From assembly GCA_045588085.1 (NCBI GenBank), contig JAZNDN010000023.1, forward strand, positions 1 to 61,627: a DNA stretch of 61,627 nucleotides, read 5' to 3'. Below, piece after piece: positions 1 through 7,779 of the stretch (its first letter is position 1; the number at the start of each line of letters is the position of its first letter). This stretch comes from Eubacteriales bacterium (lineage in GTDB: Bacteria; Bacillota; Clostridia; Oscillospirales; CAG-272). The position numbers and the translations under genes are program-made. The notes under the pieces were generated by a model, which worked only from the letters and a program-made list of their open reading frames with translations, ran no database searches and was not told the origin of the DNA.

Positions 1-270
1 AAATTCGAGATAATATGAGTATATTATAAGGATTTTTACCGAAGCTTTGTCTAAAATCAGCATCCCTAAAACGAGTTCGGATTACTCCCTCTTGCCTAGC
101 CCCGTGTAATTTTGCCGCAGATTTTTCAAAACCGACAAAAAACAAGAAAACAATGGATAATATCCCATAAAATGCTTGTTAAAAAGTATGCAGCGGTATT
201 GAAAAATTCTAAATATGACTGTATAATTATATATGTAAATACGTCATACGTAAAGAAGAAAGGAGAAAAT

Positions 271-504
271 ATGCGCAAAATCATATGCGGAAAAGAGTAC
301 GATACTGTGAGTAGTACGGTAGTGAAAAAAATCACCGAGGGATACTACGGTGACCCTTCGGGTTATGAGGAAACTTTGTACGTCACGGCAGACGGATACT
401 ATTTTCTTTACACTAACGGAGGTTCGGACTCTAAATATCCGAAAGAAAATATAAAGAGAATATCTGCTTCGGCAGCAGCCGAATGGCAGAAGCTTATGGC
501 ATGA
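271..504 (+). CDS. small hypothetical protein (77 aa)
   Basis: ATG at 271 preceded by AGGAGA (261-266). The ORF-track start at 112 has no RBS. A hairpin terminator follows. No recognisable domain (MRKIICGKEYDT...GYYGDPSGYEETLYVTADGYYFLY). Confidence 0.5.
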   Translation: MRKIICGKEYDTVSSTVVKKITEGYYGDPSGYEETLYVTADGYYFLYTNGGSDSKYPKENIKRISASAAAEWQKLMA

Positions 505-524
505 GTATTGATAACGCAAAAAAC

Positions 525-565
525 AAAGGTGGGGCACAAAACAGTGCTCCACCTTTACTTTTTGA
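525..565. terminator. bidirectional intrinsic terminator between convergent genes
   Basis: 13-bp stem AAAGGTGGGGCAC / GTGCTCCACCTTT with loop AAAACA, followed by ACTTTTT. A-run upstream serves the minus strand. Confidence 0.6.
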
Positions 566-585
566 ATTTGATTGCGTGAAAAATT

Positions 586-2205
586 TTAGTTTGCTACGTT
601 CCAGCTGGGCTCGCATTCGCTTCCGTTCCAGTTAGAATCCCAGCCCGCCGGAGCCTCTGATACTTCGCACTTTATAGTGATGTTCATCGGGTCGTCGAGT
701 GCGCCGAATGCCTTACTCTTGATTTCGGTTACAGTAGAGGGAATATATATCTCACCGAGAGCAATGCATCCCGCAAACGCTTTCGAACCTATAGAGGTGA
801 TGGTTTCGGGAATTGTTATTGTGGGAATCCTTCTGCAGTATTCAAGCATAGAGGCGGGAATCTTAGTTACCTTGCAGCCTTCTGCGAAAGAAAAGCTCGT
901 CAGAGCCTGACAATGAGCGAAACACTGGTCTCCGATAATTTCAACCGATGCGGGAATGGTTACCGAGGAGATGCCGGTGCTGTGGAATGCGTATCGGCTA
1001 ATCTCTTTGAGGTTTTCGAGGTCCTCCAAATTGATTTTGCCAAGCCATTCATTAGAATAGAACGCGCTATCACCGATTTTGGTCAGCTTCGAACCCTCTT
1101 CAAACGTGACTGATTTGAGATTCGAACAGTCAACGAATGCGTGATTGCCTATTTCCTTGATGGATGCAGGTATGGTCAAACGATTTATTGCGGTCATGCC
1201 TTCGAAAGCAAAAGGAGCGATAAATTCAATTCCTTCGTCACCGGGAATGTTAACGTCAACCTTGTCTGCGCCGATAAGAACGGTTTTACTCTTTACGTCG
1301 ATAAGCATGCCTTCTCTAATCTTGAAGGCTTTGTTGCCGCTTGCTATTGACAGTGAGAGGTTTGGGCATTTATATAACGCTTTGTTGCCGAGATGCTCAA
1401 GACTTTCGGGGAGCATAATCTTGGCAAATGATGTGCATTCGAGAAATGCCTCGTCACCTATACTCTTGAGCATAACGCCTTCCTTTGCAAAAACAACCTT
1501 CTTCAGATTGCCACATCTGGTAAAAGCATTATTGCCTATGTACTTAACGGAAGAAGGGATCGCTGCCTCGGTTATAACATTGTCGCTCGCGAATGCCTGG
1601 TCTGCAATTCCAACAGTACCGCTCTTTATGATAGGCTTTGCAACACTTGCACCCATAATAAGCCAGTTGCCGACGTAGGTCGATTCTGCAGACTTTGTGG
1701 TGAGCTTGCCGCAACCGCTGAACGCTTTTTCACCGATGCTTACGGTGCTTTCCGGGGGAGTGAACTTCTCAAGGTTGGGGCAACCGGAGAATGCGCTTGC
1801 CGAGATAGCCAGTGTATTCGGAGTTGCATTGAATTCGGCGGACTTAAGGGCGCTGCATTCCTGGAATGAGGATTCGCCGATAACCTTAAGACTGGAGGGC
1901 AGATGAACGGCAGTAATATTGCCGTTTCTTCTGAATGCATTTTTAGCAATTGAAACTACTGCTTTACCGTCATTGCTTGCGGGGATATAAACCTCCGCAC
2001 TGCTTCCGGTATAACCCGTAACGGCGTAATTGCCGCTCTCGTCGTTTCCGAAAACGAGTCCCTCGGTGCTGCTGGATTCGTTCGCATTGCCGCTTTCGTC
2101 ACCGTTTCCTGCTCCGTCACCGTCATTGCCGTTGCATGACGAAAAAGCAAAAACAGCCAGAACAAGTGCGGCTATCAATAAAAATAGAGAGAATCTTTTC
2201 TTCAT
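586..2205 (-). CDS. leucine-rich-repeat (BspA/LRR_5-like) surface lipoprotein
   Basis: Signal peptide with lipobox (LVLAVFAFSSC) and a G/N/E/S-rich linker. Then many repeats of the pattern IP.SV..IG..AF..C..L..I. RBS AAGAGGTG upstream of the ATG. Confidence 0.8.
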   Translation of the reverse strand: MKKRFSLFLLIAALVLAVFAFSSCNGNDGDGAGNGDESGNANESSSTEGLVFGNDESGNYAVTGYTGSSAEVYIPASNDGKAVVSIAKNAFRRNGNITAVHLPSSLKVIGESSFQECSALKSAEFNATPNTLAISASAFSGCPNLEKFTPPESTVSIGEKAFSGCGKLTTKSAESTYVGNWLIMGASVAKPIIKSGTVGIADQAFASDNVITEAAIPSSVKYIGNNAFTRCGNLKKVVFAKEGVMLKSIGDEAFLECTSFAKIMLPESLEHLGNKALYKCPNLSLSIASGNKAFKIREGMLIDVKSKTVLIGADKVDVNIPGDEGIEFIAPFAFEGMTAINRLTIPASIKEIGNHAFVDCSNLKSVTFEEGSKLTKIGDSAFYSNEWLGKINLEDLENLKEISRYAFHSTGISSVTIPASVEIIGDQCFAHCQALTSFSFAEGCKVTKIPASMLEYCRRIPTITIPETITSIGSKAFAGCIALGEIYIPSTVTEIKSKAFGALDDPMNITIKCEVSEAPAGWDSNWNGSECEPSWNVAN

Positions 2206-2377
2206 TATTTTTCACCTCTTGTTATAGTTTTGTATAAATCATATCATTTTCTTAAAAAGATTGCAATACTTTTGTGAAAAAAACTCATAGAATAGGGTAT
2301 AAAAGCTCGCAGCTTCAGTGGATACGGCTATGTACGCGGTTGAAAGAGGCCGGTAAGACTGAGGCTGCAATTGGCGG

Positions 2378-2406
2378 TTGATTTTTTCGTGCGCGTGTGT
2401 TATAAT
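2378..2406 (+). promoter_or_regulatory. sigma-A type promoter for the DUF1538/PII-like operon
   Basis: TTGATT (2378-2383), 17-nt spacer, TATAAT (2401-2406), 40 nt upstream of the ATG at 2447. Confidence 0.45.
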
Positions 2407-2446
2407 TGATTTGTATGAATTACGCCATTCGGTTGGGAGGAAAATA

Positions 2447-4000
2447 ATGAAATTATTTAGGAATAACAGTCTTCCGGAAAAGGTACAGGAAGCATTGCAC
2501 TCGGTCCTTCCTATTACGGCAATAGTCTTTCTACTCCTTATAACATTCTTCCCGGTTGAAGCGGAGATGCTCGTCACGTTCTTGGTAGGCGCTGTGCTTC
2601 TCATTCTCGGAATGGGACTATTTAACCTTGGCGCAGACGTAGCGATGACGCCTATGGGAGAATACGTTGGCTCTAAAATGGCAACGTCACGTAAGATATT
2701 CGTTGTCGTCCTGGTTTCCTTCTTCGTCGGTCTTCTGATAACCGTTTCGGAGCCTGACCTTCAGGTTCTTGCCAATCAGATATCAAGCATTCCAAACATA
2801 GTGCTTCTTCTGTCGGTCGGTATCGGCGTCGGTTTGTTTTTGGTCGTTGCGATGCTGAGAATTTTGCTCAGAGTTAAGCTTAAATACATTCTTATCGCTT
2901 GCTATGCCGCGGTATTCGTTATGGCAATATTCTTTGTTCCCAAGAATTTTCTTGCCGTTTCGTTTGATTCCGGCGGAGTAACCACAGGTCCTATGACGGT
3001 TCCGTTCATTATGGCGCTTGGTGTCGGCGTTGCTTCTATTTCTGCAAACGAGGGCGAGGACGACAGCTTCGGTATGGTAGCTCTTGGCTCCGTAGGACCG
3101 ATTCTGGCGGTTATGGCACTTGGAATCCTTTATAGCGGAGAGGCTGACGCCAACACATCCTATCCTGCTCCCGAGGGAAACACAAGGGACCTTATGGGAC
3201 TGTTCGTGGATTCGATACCGCATTTTATGCTTGAGATGCTGATAGCGCTTGGTCCGATAGTAGCCTTCTTCTTTATCTTCCGCCTTATAGTAAGAGGCAG
3301 AGGTGAGGGTGTGGGCAGGATTCTCATAGGAATTTTGTATACATACGTTGGTTTGGTTCTTTTCCTCACGGGTGTGAACGTTGGATTCATGCCTGTCGGA
3401 TATCACCTGGGATACGCAATAGCATCGTCCGGTTGGAGCTTCATAATCGTTCCTCTCGGTATGCTGATAGGATACTTTATAGTTTCGGCAGAGCCTGCCG
3501 TTCACGTGCTCACAAAGCAGGTTGAGGAGGTTACCTCGGGAACCGTGCCGAGAAAAATGCTCTCGGTAGCTCTTTCCGCAGGCGTATGTGCATCGGTTGG
3601 AATAGCAATGCTCAGTGCACTCACGGGCATTCCGCTTCTGGCGATTCTTATTCCGGGATACGCCGTTGCTATCCTGCTGAGCTTCTTTGTTCCCGACATA
3701 TTTACGTCGATAGCCTTTGACTCGGGCGGAGTCGCTTCCGGTCCTATGACGGCTACGTTCCTTTTGCCCTTTGCAGTCGGAGCCTGCGTAGCTTCCGGCG
3801 GAGTCGTAGTAACCGATGCCTTCGGAGTTATAGCTCTTGTAGCCATGGCACCGCTTATTGCCATACAGGCGCTTGGCGTAGTTTATAAGATTCGCGTTCA
3901 CAAGGCTGCGAAGGTTGCCAAGAGTGATATTATCGCAACCGAAACCGAAGCTCAGGAACCGGTATACGTCGCAGGCGACGATGATATTATAGAGCTTTAA
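2447..4000 (+). CDS. DUF1538-family polytopic membrane protein (putative permease)
   Basis: ATG 2447 preceded by GGGAGG (2435-2440); the track start at 2378 is over-extended. Two internal repeats each carry FDSGGV(T/A)(T/S)GPMT, with many hydrophobic helices. Confidence 0.75.
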   Translation: MKLFRNNSLPEKVQEALHSVLPITAIVFLLLITFFPVEAEMLVTFLVGAVLLILGMGLFNLGADVAMTPMGEYVGSKMATSRKIFVVVLVSFFVGLLITVSEPDLQVLANQISSIPNIVLLLSVGIGVGLFLVVAMLRILLRVKLKYILIACYAAVFVMAIFFVPKNFLAVSFDSGGVTTGPMTVPFIMALGVGVASISANEGEDDSFGMVALGSVGPILAVMALGILYSGEADANTSYPAPEGNTRDLMGLFVDSIPHFMLEMLIALGPIVAFFFIFRLIVRGRGEGVGRILIGILYTYVGLVLFLTGVNVGFMPVGYHLGYAIASSGWSFIIVPLGMLIGYFIVSAEPAVHVLTKQVEEVTSGTVPRKMLSVALSAGVCASVGIAMLSALTGIPLLAILIPGYAVAILLSFFVPDIFTSIAFDSGGVASGPMTATFLLPFAVGACVASGGVVVTDAFGVIALVAMAPLIAIQALGVVYKIRVHKAAKVAKSDIIATETEAQEPVYVAGDDDIIEL

Positions 4001-4026
4001 TCCCTCTATACTGAAAGGAGGATTTT

Positions 4027-4716
4027 ATGAAGGAATTATACTGGCTTATAACGATAGCTCAAAGAAAAGATTGTGCCGAGTATGAGAGTTATTATCTCAG
4101 TCACGGTGTCAACGTTACGTATAGTATGACCTGCTCAGGAACGGCACATGAGAAAACGCTCAGTCTTTTGGGGCTTGAGAAAACAGAGAAAGCGATTCTT
4201 TTCTCTGCCGTGCCGGGAGAGCTTCTGACCAATCTTATGAGAGGCTTGTCCCAGGATATGAAAATTGATTTGCCCGACAGGGGAATAGCCGTTGCAATTC
4301 CCTTTGCAAGCGTAGGAGGAGCAAGAACCTTTGAATACCTAAAGGGCTGCGACAAGGTGCCCGAAAAAAAGGAGGACAACTGTATGAACTCAAGTCATGA
4401 GCTTATCATAACGATATATGAAAAGGGCTATACCGACATGGTTATGGATGCAGCCCGCGAAGCAGGTGCCAGAGGCGGAACTACGATAAGAGCCAAAGGA
4501 ACCGCCGCAGGAGCCGAAAAATTCTTCGGATTGTCCATTGCGGAAGAGAAAGAAATTCTGTTCATTGTCGCTGCCGCAGAAAAGAGAAGCGATATAATGA
4601 AGGCTATTATACAGAATGCAGGCGTCGAAACCAAGGCGCATGCGCTGACCTTCTCGCTTCCGGTCAGCGATACCGCCGGATTCCGTCTGGCAGATAGCGT
4701 TGATAAGGACGAATAA
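4027..4716 (+). CDS. tandem P-II-like signal-transduction protein
   Basis: Two PII-like halves. The second (HELIITIYEKGYTDMVMDAAREAGARGGTTIRAKG...EKEILFIVA) has the beta-alpha-beta PII pattern with a T-loop-like RAKGTAAGAEK. Lies 26 nt after the DUF1538 gene with RBS AAGGAGGA. Confidence 0.7.
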   Translation: MKELYWLITIAQRKDCAEYESYYLSHGVNVTYSMTCSGTAHEKTLSLLGLEKTEKAILFSAVPGELLTNLMRGLSQDMKIDLPDRGIAVAIPFASVGGARTFEYLKGCDKVPEKKEDNCMNSSHELIITIYEKGYTDMVMDAAREAGARGGTTIRAKGTAAGAEKFFGLSIAEEKEILFIVAAAEKRSDIMKAIIQNAGVETKAHALTFSLPVSDTAGFRLADSVDKDE

Positions 4717-4759
4717 ACGCCGATAAGGTCTTTTTACGCTTGCTGCGTAGGGGAATAAT

Positions 4760-5779
4760 ATGAACGGAAAACAAATTCTTTTTGGTAAAAATCAGAAGAT
4801 TTACAAGGCTAATCTTCATTGTCACACCACCCTCTCCGACGGGCGTGCCACGCCTGAAGAGATAAAAGATGAATATAAAAAGCACGGATATTCCGTGGTT
4901 GCCTTTACCGACCATGAGCGTGTGATTGACAATTCCTATCTTTCGGATGAGGAATTTCTTGCCATAACCTCGGCAGAGCTGGCGATAAAGGAAAACGCGA
5001 GTGCATCTACCTTGGTATCGACCGGCATGAGGGCGGTGCATCTTAATTTCTATGCAAAGCAGCCGCATAACAGTCTGACACCGTGCTACGCTTCGGTTTA
5101 TGACAGGTATCCTAAGGTGTCCGAAGACCGCTGTAAGTGTGAGGGGGAGTATCCCAGAGCTCTATCAAAGGATGGCGTAAACGATATGATACGAAGGGCT
5201 AATGAGGCGGGATTTCTCGTTTCATATAACCATCCGTCCTGGTCGCTTGAGGATGCTCGCAATTTCACCGAATACGAGGGACTTTTTGCGGTTGAGATAT
5301 ACAATCACGGAACGGCAGTAACAGGTCATCTGGGAGATGAGAATGTCTACGACGTTATAAGAAAGAGCGGCAAGCGTGTATATCTTACCGCCTGCGACGA
5401 CAATCATAATAAGCACGGATTTGAGGGTCCGTATTCGGATTCGTTTGGCGGTTGGGTTTGCATTGACTCACCGAGCCTCAAATATTCCGATATTATATCT
5501 GCTCTTGAAAACGGAGATTTTTACGCATCTACGGGCCCTGAGATATACTCGATTGTAAGAGAGGGCGAAAACGTCACAGTAGAGTGCTCGGATTGCCGCT
5601 CGGTGTTCCTCGTAGGTAATACGCGACGTATACTTTCTGTGCATGCAGAAAATGGGAATATGCTAAGGCGTGTTGAGTTTACTCTGCATAGTGATAACGA
5701 TTATTTTAGAATAAGGATTACCGATAAAGAAGGAAAGAACGCTTGGTCGCAAGCGTATGACGTAGGAGGAGACAGATAA
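4760..5779 (+). CDS. PHP-domain metal-dependent phosphoesterase
   Basis: N-terminal LHCHTTLSDGR and FTDHE motifs typical of the PHP (polymerase/histidinol phosphatase) fold; a later DDNHN motif. Confidence 0.7.
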   Translation: MNGKQILFGKNQKIYKANLHCHTTLSDGRATPEEIKDEYKKHGYSVVAFTDHERVIDNSYLSDEEFLAITSAELAIKENASASTLVSTGMRAVHLNFYAKQPHNSLTPCYASVYDRYPKVSEDRCKCEGEYPRALSKDGVNDMIRRANEAGFLVSYNHPSWSLEDARNFTEYEGLFAVEIYNHGTAVTGHLGDENVYDVIRKSGKRVYLTACDDNHNKHGFEGPYSDSFGGWVCIDSPSLKYSDIISALENGDFYASTGPEIYSIVREGENVTVECSDCRSVFLVGNTRRILSVHAENGNMLRRVEFTLHSDNDYFRIRITDKEGKNAWSQAYDVGGDR

Positions 5780-6718
5780 ATGCTTATAGAAGACAAAGAG
5801 GCGCAAATTTTGCCAACCCGGGAGTCCGGCTCTGCTCAATCAAATATTCAAAAACGCCAAAAAGGCGTTTTTGGCAAGGTGAAATACTGGGCATTCTTAA
5901 ATTTCGGAATACTGCTTATGGCAGTAGGTATATATTTCTTTAAGGCACCTAACGGATTTGCAACGGGGGGTGTCAGCGGCATATCAATAATTCTTGCTAA
6001 ACTATTCCCCGTGTTAAGCCAGGCGGTGTATATGCTCATAGTAAACGTCGTTTTGCTTGTGCTAGGTTTAATAATTCTCGGCAAGCAGTGCAGCGCGCTA
6101 ACGTTCTTTTGCTCGCTTATGCTTTCTCTTGAAAACTGGATTTTTGAGCTTATGGTACCACTGGAAGCTCCTATAACGCCGTATCCTTTTATGGAGCTGG
6201 TATATGCTGTGCTTCTGACCGGAATCGGTGCGGCTATAATATTCAAGTGCCACGCATCGTCCGGCGGTACAGATATTGTTGCTTTGATACTTAAAAAGTA
6301 TACCTCTATGAACGTAGGGCGTGCGCTGCTATTCTCGGATTTTATTATTGCGGCTTCGACCTTTGCAGTATACGGAGCGCAAAGCGGACTTTTTGCGATT
6401 CTGGGCCTTTTTGCAAAGGTTTTCGTTGTTGACGATATAATAGACTCCATAAATATGTGCAAATCCTTTACGATAATAACCACGCAGCCGGAGCCGATAA
6501 ATAAGTTCATAACTAATGAGCTTAAGCACAGCGCAACGCTGTTCGAGGCAAGGGGAGCTTACACCGGTGAGGGCAGGTGTATAATTATGACGGTATGCCG
6601 CAGGGCCGAGGCGATAAGACTCAGAAAATTCGTAAACGAAATCGATGCTCACGCGTTCATTATAATAACCAAAACGAGTGAGATTATGGGAAAGGGCTTC
6701 CGGGATAATATTTTGTAA
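5780..6718 (+). CDS. YitT-family membrane protein (DUF2179 C-terminal domain)
   Basis: FKAPNGFATGGVSGISIIL and SSGGTDIVALILKKY motifs, 5-6 TM helices and a C-terminal soluble DUF2179-like domain. The ATG abuts the stop of the PHP gene (TAAATG). Confidence 0.8.
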   Translation: MLIEDKEAQILPTRESGSAQSNIQKRQKGVFGKVKYWAFLNFGILLMAVGIYFFKAPNGFATGGVSGISIILAKLFPVLSQAVYMLIVNVVLLVLGLIILGKQCSALTFFCSLMLSLENWIFELMVPLEAPITPYPFMELVYAVLLTGIGAAIIFKCHASSGGTDIVALILKKYTSMNVGRALLFSDFIIAASTFAVYGAQSGLFAILGLFAKVFVVDDIIDSINMCKSFTIITTQPEPINKFITNELKHSATLFEARGAYTGEGRCIIMTVCRRAEAIRLRKFVNEIDAHAFIIITKTSEIMGKGFRDNIL

Positions 6719-6732
6719 ATTGCATAATAAAA

Positions 6733-6776
6733 ACGCCACGGGTTAGTACTTTACGTATTACCCTTGGCGTTTTTTG
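6733..6776. terminator. bidirectional intrinsic terminator
   Basis: Stem ACGCCACGGGT / ACCCTTGGCGT flanked by AAAA upstream and TTTTTT downstream. Sits between convergent yitT-like and rnc genes. Confidence 0.6.
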
Positions 6777-6780
6777 ATTT

Positions 6781-7539
6781 TCAGCTCACAGAGCTTTTCG
6801 TGAGGTTTTCGTACGCAGTCTTCGCAGCGTTGGTCTGTGCAAGCTTCACGCTTCTTCCGCAACCCTCCCCGAGTAGCTTTTCGCCAATATAGCACTCAAC
6901 CGTGTAAAGCTTATCATGGTCGGGGCCTGATTCTCCTACGGTTTTATACACGGGTGGGGGCAGGCGTCTTTTTTTATCTGCGCAAAACTCTTGGAGCAGA
7001 TTTTTGAAGCTCTGAATCGGAGATGCGGCGTCAGATGAGGTGTACTCGGAGATATCAAGAAGCTTTTCGGCGGTTTTCATGACAGCGTCAATGCTGAAAT
7101 CGGAATCTATATAAATTGCTCCTATTATGCTTTCGAAAAGGTCTTCCATCACGGAAAATTCCTGCTCTATGCCAAGCTTTGCATCACCGTCACCCATCAG
7201 CAGAAAATTCTGCAGTCCGCTTTTTCTGATGTTTTGGGAAAGGTTTGCCTTGTTGGAAAGCTTTGAGCGGATGTTGGAAAAATCCCCCTCGGTGAGTTCG
7301 GTTTTTATTCCGTGTCTGTACCTTACGGTTCTTGTCTTTATAAGAAGCGTGACGATTGCGGCGGAGAGCACGCTGTCGCCGAAAAATTCCAGCACCTCGT
7401 TTGACTGTATGTTTTCGCTTTTTCTGGCTTCATTGCAGAAGCTCGTTCTGGTGAACGCCTGCTTCAGCAGCGCTTTATCTCGGAACACGTATCCCAGAGT
7501 TTTTTCTATTTGCGAAATATTGCTGTCAAAGTTATTCAT
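6781..7539 (-). CDS. rnc: ribonuclease III
   Basis: RNase III signature NEVLEFFGDSVL, a second catalytic region MEDLFESIIGAIYIDS, and a C-terminal dsRBD (GPDHDKLYTVECYIGEKLLGEGCGRSVKLAQTNAAKTA). ATG 7539 preceded by GGAGG; the track start at 7557 lacks an RBS. Confidence 0.8.
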   Translation of the reverse strand: MNNFDSNISQIEKTLGYVFRDKALLKQAFTRTSFCNEARKSENIQSNEVLEFFGDSVLSAAIVTLLIKTRTVRYRHGIKTELTEGDFSNIRSKLSNKANLSQNIRKSGLQNFLLMGDGDAKLGIEQEFSVMEDLFESIIGAIYIDSDFSIDAVMKTAEKLLDISEYTSSDAASPIQSFKNLLQEFCADKKRRLPPPVYKTVGESGPDHDKLYTVECYIGEKLLGEGCGRSVKLAQTNAAKTAYENLTKSSVS

Positions 7540-7616
7540 TGTGTGCCTCCTTGACATTCATTTTCTTAAATTATTTTAACACCGACGCGCTTCAATGTCA
7601 AGGAAAAAGGCTCTAC

Positions 7617-7645
7617 TTGACAAAATTCTCCGATAGTGGTATAGT
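7617..7645 (+). promoter_or_regulatory. sigma-A type promoter upstream of the glycan-synthesis gene pair
   Basis: TTGACA (7617-7622), 17 nt, TATAGT (7640-7645). Leaves a ~130-nt 5' UTR before the ATG at 7780. Confidence 0.5.
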
Positions 7646-7779
7646 ATATACGTTAGCGCGCACGCGTTTGGCAGGCGTTAAACCGCAAGTCAATGCTCAC
7701 CGCGTGTGATATTTGACAAGTCACCTCACCCCTCTAACCATTGCCGTTGGCATTGCTGCGGTATCTTTAAGGAGATAAT

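Noticed and set aside
2299-2369. Long imperfect hairpin (GCAGCTTCAGT...ACTGAGGCTGC) upstream of the DUF1538 promoter, considered as a riboswitch
   Set aside because: It lies upstream of the best -35 element, so it is probably not in the DUF1538 transcript. No conserved riboswitch motifs were recognised and no second promoter was found to transcribe it.
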